Origin: Solirubrobacterales bacterium
GTDB lineage: Bacteria; Actinomycetota; Thermoleophilia; Solirubrobacterales; 70-9
Direction: 5' to 3'
DNA length: 64,000 nt
NCBI GenBank assembly: GCA_036381235.1
Contig: DASVDE010000014.1
Coordinates: forward strand, 35,306-99,305
In this document: positions 26,814 through 34,882 of the stretch, piece by piece
How the letters are laid out: each line of letters begins with the position of its first letter
Position numbering within the stretch: the first letter of the stretch is position 1
Notes under the pieces: generated by a model
Seen by the model: the letters and a program-made list of their open reading frames with translations, nothing else
Told to the model about the DNA's origin: nothing
Databases searched by the model: none
Made by a program: the position numbers and the translations under genes

Positions 26814-26841
26814 GATTCAGCTCAATCCAGGACCGGGGAGT

Positions 26842-27273
26842 TTATTCGTCGGCCGCGTCGAACGCGCCGCCGACCGCCGCGGCGGACGAGCGCCAGATGC
26901 CTGGAGCCTCTTCCTCGCGCCCTTCGACATGGAGCTGGGCGCTTCGCGCGATCAGCTCCGCGAGTTCAGCGAGCGCCGCCATGTCGCCGAGCGCGGCGAG
27001 GCGCTCGATGCCGAGCGCATAGAGATAGTCGCCGGCCAGAAGCGCGAGGTCGGAGTCGTGACCGGCGAGCAAGCGCGACTCTCCGTAGTGAAGGAGATAG
27101 CCCTCGCGGACCGACTCGACGACCAGGGAGTAGTCCTCCGGGGCAGCCGCCGCGCGCGGACCGGCGGCGGCGATAGGGCCGAACTCCAGCTCATCGGGAG
27201 ATGGGCCAACATGAGGCGAGATCGGCGTTCCCTCCTCGCGCAGCTGGGTGGCCAGAGTCTCGAGCGCGTTCAC
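26842..27273 (-). CDS. Hypothetical protein, translationally coupled to hemL (possible HepS-like small subunit)
   Basis: 143 aa. The GTG at 27273 overlaps the hemL TGA as GTGA. The motif DLALLAGDYLYALGIERLA resembles the LAGDYFSGLYY motif of the Bacillus heptaprenyl diphosphate synthase component I. The similarity is short, so the assignment is weak. Confidence 0.4.
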   Translation of the reverse strand: MNALETLATQLREEGTPISPHVGPSPDELEFGPIAAAGPRAAAAPEDYSLVVESVREGYLLHYGESRLLAGHDSDLALLAGDYLYALGIERLAALGDMAALAELAELIARSAQLHVEGREEEAPGIWRSSAAAVGGAFDAADE

Positions 27274-28547
27274 GCGAAAGCCTCGTTGAGAGCCTCGGCG
27301 GCGGCTTCAAGGGTACGGTCGATCGCGGCCTCGTCGTGGGCGAGGGAGGGGAACCACGCTTCGAACTGCGAGGGGGGCGGGTAGACCCCGCGCTCGAGCA
27401 GGGCGCGGCAGAAGGCGGCGTGAGCCTCAGTGTCGCAAGCCGAGGCTCCAGCGAAGTCGTGAACCGGCACCTCGCTGAAGAAGAGGGTGAACAGGCCGGG
27501 GACCGAGGCAACCTGGAGCGGGCGGTCCCGGACCAACTCCGAAAAGCCCGCCGTAAGCCGATCGGTGAGCTCTCCCAGCCGTCGGTAGGCATCGCCATCG
27601 AGGCGGCGCAGCGTGACGAGACCGGCAGCGACCGCGACGGGGCTGCCGGAGAGGGTCCCCGCCTGGTAGACGTCGCCAACAGGGGAGATCCGCTCCATCA
27701 GATCGCGGCGGCCGGCGAAGGCAGCCGCCGGGAGGCCGCCCCCCAGCACCTTGCCGAGCACGGTGAGGTCGGGCTCGACCCCGTAGAGCTGCTGAGCGCC
27801 GCCGCGGGAGAGGCGGAAGCCGGTGATCACCTCGTCGAAGACGAGAAGGGCGCCGGCGGCCGTGGTGGCGTCGCGAAGGAACTCAAGGAAGCCGGGCTCA
27901 GGCGGGACGATCCCCATGTTGGCTGCGACCGGCTCGGCGATCAGGGCGGCGACCGGATGGTCGAGCAGGGCGCGGCGCACCGCGTCGCGGTCGTTCCAAG
28001 GAACGACGACGGTGGTGGCAGTCTGGCCGGCGGTGACACCGGGGCTGGCCGGTATCGCGAGTGTCGCGAGGCCGGAGCCGGCGTCTGCCAGCAGCCCATC
28101 GGAATGGCCGTGGTAGGCGCCGGCGAACTTGACGACGACCTCGCGGTCGGTTGCAGCGCGGGCGAGGCGGATGGCGCTCATCGCCGCTTCGGTTCCGGAG
28201 CTGGTCATCCGCGCCATCTCAACCGAGGGGACGCGGGCGACAACCTCTTCGGCCAGCTCGACCTCGTCCTCGGTCGGGGCGCCGAAGCTCGAACCGCGAG
28301 CGGCGGCCCCGGCGGCGGCGGCAACCACCTCGGGGTCGGCGTGGCCGAGGATCAGCGGCCCCCATGAGCCGACCCAGTCGATGTACCGATTGCCGTCGAC
28401 GTCGACGAGCTCGCAGCCCTCGCCGCGCTCGATGAAGACCGGATCGCGGCCGATCTGGCGCATCGCGCGGACGGGGCTGTTCACACCCCCCGGCAGTACT
28501 TTCAGCGCACGGCGGTAGAGCTCACCGGAGCGCTCGTAGCTAGGAAT
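27270..28547 (-). CDS. hemL: Glutamate-1-semialdehyde 2,1-aminomutase
   Basis: It has ...YERSGELYRRALKVLPGGVNSPVRAM..., GSWGPLILGHADP, and a class-III aminotransferase body. No ATG/GTG/TTG lies at the expected N-terminus. The start is placed at ATT 28547 (GGGAGG plus a 6-nt spacer); the alternative is CTG 28565 (GAGGA plus a 5-nt spacer). The 574-aa ORF in the track is an artefactual extension across ahbAB. Confidence 0.85.
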   Translation of the reverse strand: MPSYERSGELYRRALKVLPGGVNSPVRAMRQIGRDPVFIERGEGCELVDVDGNRYIDWVGSWGPLILGHADPEVVAAAAGAAARGSSFGAPTEDEVELAEEVVARVPSVEMARMTSSGTEAAMSAIRLARAATDREVVVKFAGAYHGHSDGLLADAGSGLATLAIPASPGVTAGQTATTVVVPWNDRDAVRRALLDHPVAALIAEPVAANMGIVPPEPGFLEFLRDATTAAGALLVFDEVITGFRLSRGGAQQLYGVEPDLTVLGKVLGGGLPAAAFAGRRDLMERISPVGDVYQAGTLSGSPVAVAAGLVTLRRLDGDAYRRLGELTDRLTAGFSELVRDRPLQVASVPGLFTLFFSEVPVHDFAGASACDTEAHAAFCRALLERGVYPPPSQFEAWFPSLAHDEAAIDRTLEAAAEALNEAFA

Positions 28548-29634
28548 GCTCGGCCTCCCAGGCAGCGTAGTCCTCGGTGAAGTAGTGGAGGCGGATCTTC
28601 TTGTACTCGGTCGAGGAGTAGAGGGTGGCGCGGTCGTCGGGGCCCATCCCGCACTCCTCGGCGATCGAGTCGAGGATCGCGTCACATTCCTCCTTGGAGC
28701 GGCCGTGGGCCATGGTGAAGACGCTGTAAGGCCAATCTTCGTAGGTCGGACGCTGGTAGCAGTGGGAGATGCCGCGGAAGGAAGCCATCCGGCGGCCGGT
28801 CTGCATGATCTCTGTCTCGGACACCTTCCAGACCCCCATGCCGTTTGCCGAGAAGCCGGCGCGGCGGTGGAAGAGGATCGCCGCGACGCGACGCAGGATC
28901 TTGCGGTCGGCCATCCCGCGCAGATGCGCGAGCAGGTCCTCGGTGGAGAGTCCGATCTCGGCCGCGGCGGCGTCGTAGGGCCGCTCCACCGCATCCATCG
29001 GCCCCTGCAGGGCGCGGATCACCGCGATGTCGCGCTCGTCGTAGGGCTGGGCCTCCAGCTCACGGGGGGGTGAGGCGTCGACCGCGGCGGAGAGCGCCTC
29101 TGTCCCCTTCTCCATCTCCAGGTTCATGTTGATCTTGAACAAGGTCAGGGTGGGCAACTGGCGCATCGACTCGGCGCCGGTCTCCCGCATCAGCACGTCG
29201 AGGGTCCCATCCAAACCCAGCTTGGAGTCAGGCGGGGTGGCAATCGTGAACCAGAGGTTGAAATCGTGGGTGCGCAGGTAATTGTGGGAAACGCCCGGAT
29301 GGGAGTTGACGATCGCCGCGGCGCGTTGGGGGTTCTCGGCGTCGACTTTGGCGGCGACCAGCATCGACTCGTAGCCGAGCGCGCGGGTGTCGAAGATCGG
29401 GGTGATCTCACGGATGATTCGCTCGTCAAGGAGACGGCGGGTGCGGGTGAGAACATCGTCCAGCTCCAGCTCGGCCTCGGCGGCAACCGAGGCGAAGGGC
29501 TCGGCGGCGAGCGGAAAGCTCGACTGGAGCAGGTTCATCAGCCGCTTGTCGGTCTCGTCAAGCGGAATCGCGGCGCCGTCCTTGCGGGAGCGGGCCTTCG
29601 ACTGGGGGACCTTGGGGGTTCCTACCGAAGCCAC
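28540..29634 (-). CDS. ahbAB: Fused AhbA/AhbB (NirD/L-like) sirohaem decarboxylase, two tandem Lrp/AsnC-like modules
   Basis: 364 aa made of two repeats, each an HTH followed by the signature HPGVSHNYLR...FNLWFTIA in the first and ISHCYQRPTY..WPYSVFTMAHG in the second. It sits between hemB and hemL. Confidence 0.7.
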   Translation of the reverse strand: MASVGTPKVPQSKARSRKDGAAIPLDETDKRLMNLLQSSFPLAAEPFASVAAEAELELDDVLTRTRRLLDERIIREITPIFDTRALGYESMLVAAKVDAENPQRAAAIVNSHPGVSHNYLRTHDFNLWFTIATPPDSKLGLDGTLDVLMRETGAESMRQLPTLTLFKINMNLEMEKGTEALSAAVDASPPRELEAQPYDERDIAVIRALQGPMDAVERPYDAAAAEIGLSTEDLLAHLRGMADRKILRRVAAILFHRRAGFSANGMGVWKVSETEIMQTGRRMASFRGISHCYQRPTYEDWPYSVFTMAHGRSKEECDAILDSIAEECGMGPDDRATLYSSTEYKKIRLHYFTEDYAAWEAEHS

Positions 29635-30593
29635 GCAGCGGCCTCCTTCGCGTAGTAGGTGACGATCGCGTCGGCGCCGGCGCGGCGGATCGAGGTCAGC
29701 GTCTCCAACACGGCGGCGCGCTCATCGATCCAGCCGTTAGCGGCGGCGGCCTTCAGCATCGAGTACTCGCCGGAGACGTGGAAGGCGGCGAGCGGTGCGC
29801 CGGTCTCCTCCTTGACGCGCCGGACGACGTCCAGATAGGGAGTGGCGGGCTTGACCATCAGCATGTCCGCGCCCTCCTCGAGATCGAGCCGGGCCTCGCG
29901 GATTGCCTCGGCGGCATTGGCCGGATCCATCTGGTAACCGCGGCGGTCGCCGAACTCCGGGGTCGACTCGGCAGCGTCGCGGAAAGGGCCGTAGAAGGCG
30001 GAGGCGTACTTCGCGCTGTAGGCGACGATCGGTACGCCGGCGTGGCCCTCCTCGTCGAGTTGGTGGCGGATCGTGCCGACCCGGCCATCCATCATGTCGC
30101 TGGGGGCAACGGCGTCGGCGCCGGCCTCCGCATGGGAGACCGCTGTTTTTGCCAGCAGCTCGACGGTGATGTCGTTGTCGACCTCGCCATCGCGCAGGAA
30201 GCCGCAGTGGCCGTGCGAGGTGTACTCGCAGAGGCAGACGTCGGTGATGACGATCAGATCGGGGTGCGCCTCCTTCAGCGCACGGACCGCCATCTGAACG
30301 ACCCCTTCATCGTCATAGGCCCCCGACCCGGTCTCGTCCTTTGACGCCGGAATCCCGAAGAGCAGAACCGCTTCAATGCCCGCAGCCGCAATCTCGGTGC
30401 ACTCCCCCACCAGCTCGGAGATCGAAAACCTCTCGACGCCGGGCATCGACTCGACCTCTTCGCGGACGCCTTCCCCAGTCACCACGAAAAGGGGTTGAAT
30501 CAGCTGCCGCGGAAACAGTTCTGTTTCGCGGACGAGCCCTCTCAGGGCCTCGGTGCGGCGCAATCTCCGCATGCGTGTTGCTGGGAACGGCAT
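29622..30593 (-). CDS. hemB: Porphobilinogen synthase (delta-aminolevulinate dehydratase), Zn-type
   Basis: 323 aa with RMRRLR, the cysteine-rich metal site DVCLCEYTSHGHCG, and the active-site MVKPA. Confidence 0.95.
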   Translation of the reverse strand: MPFPATRMRRLRRTEALRGLVRETELFPRQLIQPLFVVTGEGVREEVESMPGVERFSISELVGECTEIAAAGIEAVLLFGIPASKDETGSGAYDDEGVVQMAVRALKEAHPDLIVITDVCLCEYTSHGHCGFLRDGEVDNDITVELLAKTAVSHAEAGADAVAPSDMMDGRVGTIRHQLDEEGHAGVPIVAYSAKYASAFYGPFRDAAESTPEFGDRRGYQMDPANAAEAIREARLDLEEGADMLMVKPATPYLDVVRRVKEETGAPLAAFHVSGEYSMLKAAAANGWIDERAAVLETLTSIRRAGADAIVTYYAKEAAAWLR

Positions 30594-30640
30594 CGTCGCG
30601 ATTGTAGGTGGGGGGGCAATCGGGCACCCCCCTCCCTTAT

Positions 30641-31990
30641 CTAGACGACAGAGAAGCGGCGAAGGGCAAAGCGGGCAATGACCCCGTAGGCGATAGCAAG
30701 CGCCGCGAGGTGGAGAAGAGCCTGGCCCAGGGACGGGCCGGAGGCGTCGAGGGCGGCGGTCATCGCCTGCAGCGCCGGCTTGAACGGGAACAGAGCCGTA
30801 ACGAGCCGGATCGCGTCGAAGAGGGTCGGGCCAACGGCGCCGGAGGGGACAAGGGAAAGGAAGGCGATCGGCAGGGTGATCATGAAGGCAAGGAGGGAGA
30901 CGGCGCGGACCTCGCGGGCGGCGGCACCCAAGGCTGCTCCGGCTGCCGCAAAGGCCGCTCCGCTAAGCAGGATCGCCACCAGCCAAAGTGGGAACCGGCC
31001 CCAGTGGAGCGGGACGAAGAGGGCGAGGCCGGCGAGCATCAGCAGCGTCACGACCAGGCCCACCGCCATGCCCAAACCGACCTTCTCGCCGAGCAGGCCG
31101 GCGCGGGAGACGAGCCCGCGGGTGAGCCGGGGAAAAGCGTTTTCCTCCCTCTCCAGGGCGAGGGAGCCGGCGACCAGGAGGACGACGACGAAGGTGAGGA
31201 CGAAGGTCGCGGCGACGGCGATCGCGAAGGTGTCGAGCGGCGGAGTCGAGCCGCTGACCACCTGCTTGTCGACGGTGATCGGCTGCGCGATGCGGTCGAT
31301 CAGCGGGCCCGCGACATCGAGGTTGTTGCGAGCGCGCGTGGCGAAACGGATCACCTGGTCAAGAGCGACTCGCTGCTGTGGGGTCAGCGCCGGCCTGATC
31401 GCGGTGAGTATCCGAGCGGTGGCTCTCAGGCCGAGGACGTCGATCGTCTGGCCGACCAGGTTGAAGCGGCCGCCGTCGATCAGCAGGTTGAGGTATTTCC
31501 CTCCCGCGGTCGCAATCCGGCGGGCGATCAGCAGGTTGGCCTGGGCGAGCAACGTGTCGATCCGGTCGTTGACCAGGCGCGCCTTGACCGGGTCCTCCTG
31601 ATTGACGATCACCTCGACCCCCGGCGTCCCGGGGGTGAGCGTCGAGAGCGAGTTGAGCTGATCGACCAAGTCGGCGGGAAGGACCACGGCGGCGAGGGCG
31701 CCACCTGAGCGCACCTCGTCGACCGCCTCGGCGCGATTCTTCACCCTGATGCACTCGACCCGGGCACAGATCCGGTCGTTGACGCCGATCGCCGGCAGCT
31801 GCGCCCCGCCGACGAGGACCCGGCTGTCTGACGGCACCTCGTTGAGGAACGCCACTCGTGGCTTGCCCGGGTCGCGCGAAATAGCGAAGCCGACCAGAAC
31901 GGCGATCAGGACCGGGTAGAGGACCAGCAGCGCGGCCTGGAGTGGCGACCGACGCAGGATCTGGAGGTCCTTGAGGAGCAGCCAGCGCAT
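30641..31990 (-). CDS. ABC-2 type transporter permease with a large extracytoplasmic loop
   Basis: From the ATG at 31990 the product begins MRWLLLKDLQILRRSPLQAALLVLYPVLIAVLVGF. It has a first TM helix, a loop of about 230 aa, and then 5 TM helices, the YbhS/YbhR-like architecture. Confidence 0.8.
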   Translation of the reverse strand: MRWLLLKDLQILRRSPLQAALLVLYPVLIAVLVGFAISRDPGKPRVAFLNEVPSDSRVLVGGAQLPAIGVNDRICARVECIRVKNRAEAVDEVRSGGALAAVVLPADLVDQLNSLSTLTPGTPGVEVIVNQEDPVKARLVNDRIDTLLAQANLLIARRIATAGGKYLNLLIDGGRFNLVGQTIDVLGLRATARILTAIRPALTPQQRVALDQVIRFATRARNNLDVAGPLIDRIAQPITVDKQVVSGSTPPLDTFAIAVAATFVLTFVVVLLVAGSLALEREENAFPRLTRGLVSRAGLLGEKVGLGMAVGLVVTLLMLAGLALFVPLHWGRFPLWLVAILLSGAAFAAAGAALGAAAREVRAVSLLAFMITLPIAFLSLVPSGAVGPTLFDAIRLVTALFPFKPALQAMTAALDASGPSLGQALLHLAALAIAYGVIARFALRRFSVV

Positions 31991-31994
31991 CTGT

Positions 31995-32735
31995 CTAATG
32001 CCCCCGGTGGTGAAGGTAGGCGACGAATGCGGACTCGAAGTCCCTGTCGGCGGCGCTCGGCGCCTCGGCCTCGCGGCGGACCGCTTCGCGGAGCTCTTCG
32101 GAGGAGCCGTCGAAGAGCGCCTCACCGTCGGCGAGGACCAACACCCGTTGTCCGTATCGCTCGGCCTCCTGAATGTCATGAGTCGAGAAGATCACGGTCG
32201 TGCCCTGGCCCGCGAGGCCGAGGACGAACTCCCAAAGCCGAGCACGCTGGCGGGGGTCCAGGCCAACGCTCGGCTCGTCGAGCAGCAAGACGACGGGGCG
32301 GGAGAGCAGTCCGATCGCGATGTTGATCCGCTGCTGGTTGCCTCCCGAGAGGCGGGCGACAACCTCGGTGCGGCGCTCCGCGAGGCCAGTCAGCTCCAAC
32401 ATCTCCTCAGCCGAAGCGCGTGGATCCTCGTGCTTCTCCAGCCGGGCGAAGAGCAGCAGGTTCTCTTCGACGGTCAGCCGCCGGTAGAGGGCCGCCTGCT
32501 GGGGCACCCAGCCGACCTCGCCCTGCGGGAGATGAACCTCGCCCCCATCGGCGCCGACGATCCCGGCGAGGATTGAGAGCAGCGTCGTCTTGCCGGCTCC
32601 GTTCGGCCCAATGACCGCCAGCAACTCACCCGGGTGGGCAGCGAAGTCGACCCCTCGCAGAGCATCGTGCTCGCCGTAGCGCTTGACCAGGCCGCGTGCC
32701 TCCAGTGCGGCCGCCCTGGTTCCGGTCGCTGCCAT
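31995..32735 (-). CDS. ABC transporter ATP-binding protein
   Basis: 246 aa with Walker A GPNGAGKTT, signature LSGGNQQR and Walker B LLLDEP. Confidence 0.9.
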   Translation of the reverse strand: MAATGTRAAALEARGLVKRYGEHDALRGVDFAAHPGELLAVIGPNGAGKTTLLSILAGIVGADGGEVHLPQGEVGWVPQQAALYRRLTVEENLLLFARLEKHEDPRASAEEMLELTGLAERRTEVVARLSGGNQQRINIAIGLLSRPVVLLLDEPSVGLDPRQRARLWEFVLGLAGQGTTVIFSTHDIQEAERYGQRVLVLADGEALFDGSSEELREAVRREAEAPSAADRDFESAFVAYLHHRGH

Positions 32736-32772
32736 CGCCGCCGAACGCTACTCGCGAGTTAGGGTCCCCCGC

Positions 32773-33552
32773 ATGAAGGTTCTGTTCATCGGAGACGTGG
32801 TAGGCGGTCCGGGTCGGCGTGGGTTGCGGGATGCGATGCCGGGGCTGCGGGAACAGCATGCGCCCGATCTGGTCATCGTCAACGGGGAGAACTCGGCCGG
32901 GGGAATGGGGATTACGGAGAAGACGGCCAACGAACTGTTCGAGGCCGGCGCCGGCGCGATCACCACCGGCAACCACGTCTATCGCCACAGAGAGGTCTAC
33001 GACTACCTCGACCGAGCCGAGCGGGTGATCCGGCCGGCGAACTACCCCCACGCCAACCCGGGGAAGGGTCATGTCATCCTCGACGCGGCGGGGATTCGAG
33101 TCGGGATCGTCAATCTGAGCGGCGCCGTCGGGCTGACCGTCGCGCGCAGCCCCTTTCACGAGGTCGACGCGATCCTGGCGCGCCTGGGGGACGAGGCTGA
33201 CGCGTTTTTGGTCGACTTCCATGCCGAGGTGACCAGCGAAAAGGTGGCGATGGGGTGGCACCTCGACGGGCAAGTCGCGGCGGTGCTGGGAACCCACACT
33301 CACGTGCCGACGGCGGACGCCAGGGTGCTGCCGAAGGGGACCGCCTACATCTCCGACGTGGGGATGACCGGATCGCGGACCAGCGTGCTCGGGGTCAAGC
33401 CGGAGCAGGTGCTGGAGCGGTTCATCACCCAGATGCCGGTTCGGTTCGAGACTGCCGAGGAGGACGTGTGGGTCATGGGAGCGGTGGTCGACGTCAACGA
33501 TCGGGGGTTGGCCAACTCGATCGAGCAGGTGATGGTTCCCGTCGATCCTTGA
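32773..33552 (+). CDS. YmdB-like metallophosphoesterase (2',3'-cyclic-nucleotide phosphodiesterase family)
   Basis: From the ATG at 32773 the product reads MKVLFIGDVVG...VIVNGENSAGG.GIT...GNH...DFHAE.TSEK...GTHTHV.TAD, which matches the TIGR00282-type pattern. Confidence 0.8.
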   Translation: MKVLFIGDVVGGPGRRGLRDAMPGLREQHAPDLVIVNGENSAGGMGITEKTANELFEAGAGAITTGNHVYRHREVYDYLDRAERVIRPANYPHANPGKGHVILDAAGIRVGIVNLSGAVGLTVARSPFHEVDAILARLGDEADAFLVDFHAEVTSEKVAMGWHLDGQVAAVLGTHTHVPTADARVLPKGTAYISDVGMTGSRTSVLGVKPEQVLERFITQMPVRFETAEEDVWVMGAVVDVNDRGLANSIEQVMVPVDP

Positions 33553-34882
33553 CGCCACCCAGTGCAACGAGGAGCAGCGGATAGAACCAGACGATGTAGA
33601 GGTAGAACCAGTGCTGGGCGGTCAGCTGCAACCCGATCAGCAGCGCGGCACCCAATGCCGCCACCTGCACCAGGGTCTTCTTGCGCGGTCGAAACGCCAG
33701 CAGAACGGACAGCGCTCCAACGACAGTGAGGATCGCGACCCGCAACGGCTCCAGACTGCTGACCTGACCCCAGATGCTGAACGGAGAATCTCTGCCGGCC
33801 TGGTAGGCGATCGTCCGGTCGTAGAACGTTGAGATCCCCGGATCGATCAGGGCCCAGGCCATCACTGCCGTTGAGGCGATGACAAATGCGCCGGCGAATA
33901 GTGCCGCGGGTGGCAGGGGGGGAGGGGGGTCGAGGACAGCCCGTGGACTGCCCGCAGGGCCCCCCTCCCCCCCTGCCACCCGCGGTCTATACGTCGCGAG
34001 CATCGGAACCAGCAGGACCGGAGCGAACTTCGTGAAGACGGCCAGAGATGCAAGCGCGCCCCGTGCAATCGGGCGGGCGAGGAGCAGCAGGGTGGCGACC
34101 AAAAGCAAGGCGACGAGGGAGTCGTTGGAGTTGGACTGCAGGACGAAGTCGGTGTATGGGTAGGCGGCCCAGCCGAAGGCGAAAGTGGCGCCCAGTTTCT
34201 GGCCGGAGGGTCCGGGGCGGATGCGGCGGCCGAGGAGGAAAAGCAGGGCGAAGGTGGCGAGGTCGAAGAAGACTGCGGCGCCGTGGGCGGCGGGGAGATC
34301 GTTCCACGTCCCCGACCAGGGCCAGATCCGCTCGAAGGGAACGTAGGCGTAGTAGTTGACCGGGCCATAGGTGTCGCCCTGGGAAACGTCGTCGGGGAAG
34401 TTGCCGTAGATCGGCTCGCCGTGGGCGATGCGGTTGGCGCCCACCTCGCTCGCGTAACCGACGTCGATCACACCCGAGTCGGCCATGTTGAGGCCGACTC
34501 GGAAACCGACCAGGAAGAGAGCGGCGATCAGCAGCCAGGTCGCCGGCCAGACTGGGCGCAGCCCCTCCCCCCCGCCGCGGAAGCCGATCCACAACGCACG
34601 GCAGAGGAGGTAGAGCAGCGGTGGGTACTGGAGGGGAACGGAGACGCCGATCTCACCGCGGTTGAACCAGATGTGGGAGAGGCCGAAGGCGAGCAGGACC
34701 AACAGGTCGAGGTTGGCGATACGCCAGGGGCGGCGCCAGTCGACTAGGCCAGCGAGGAACATCGCGCAGAGCGGAACGAAGACGTAGGGGGCGTTGAGCT
34801 TGTGACCGAACTGGCCCTCATAACCGCGCGCCATCTCCCAGGCGGCCTGATAGCCGTGCCAGACGGTCTCCGGGTCGGTCAC
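33494..34882 (-). CDS. Polytopic membrane protein, possible GT-C-type glycosyl/mannosyltransferase
   Basis: 462 aa with more than 10 predicted TM helices. The function is only a guess from the architecture. Its 3' end overlaps the convergent ymdB-like gene by 59 nt. Confidence 0.4.
   Translation of the reverse strand: MTDPETVWHGYQAAWEMARGYEGQFGHKLNAPYVFVPLCAMFLAGLVDWRRPWRIANLDLLVLLAFGLSHIWFNRGEIGVSVPLQYPPLLYLLCRALWIGFRGGGEGLRPVWPATWLLIAALFLVGFRVGLNMADSGVIDVGYASEVGANRIAHGEPIYGNFPDDVSQGDTYGPVNYYAYVPFERIWPWSGTWNDLPAAHGAAVFFDLATFALLFLLGRRIRPGPSGQKLGATFAFGWAAYPYTDFVLQSNSNDSLVALLLVATLLLLARPIARGALASLAVFTKFAPVLLVPMLATYRPRVAGGEGGPAGSPRAVLDPPPPLPPAALFAGAFVIASTAVMAWALIDPGISTFYDRTIAYQAGRDSPFSIWGQVSSLEPLRVAILTVVGALSVLLAFRPRKKTLVQVAALGAALLIGLQLTAQHWFYLYIVWFYPLLLVALGGVKDRREPSPARSSWPTPDR

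Noticed and set aside
28548-28994. The long 574-aa version of hemL starting at 28994.
   Set aside because: The extra ~145 residues lie out of frame across the ahbAB coding sequence and read as Pro/Arg/Ser/Thr-rich text. HemL homology starts at about 28547.
33494-33552. A 59-nt convergent overlap between the ymdB-like gene and the polytopic membrane protein gene, possibly a frameshift or misassembly.
   Set aside because: Both reading frames keep sensible sequence to their stops (a hydrophilic tail on each). Convergent 3' overlaps are common in compact high-GC genomes, and there is no internal evidence of a frameshift.
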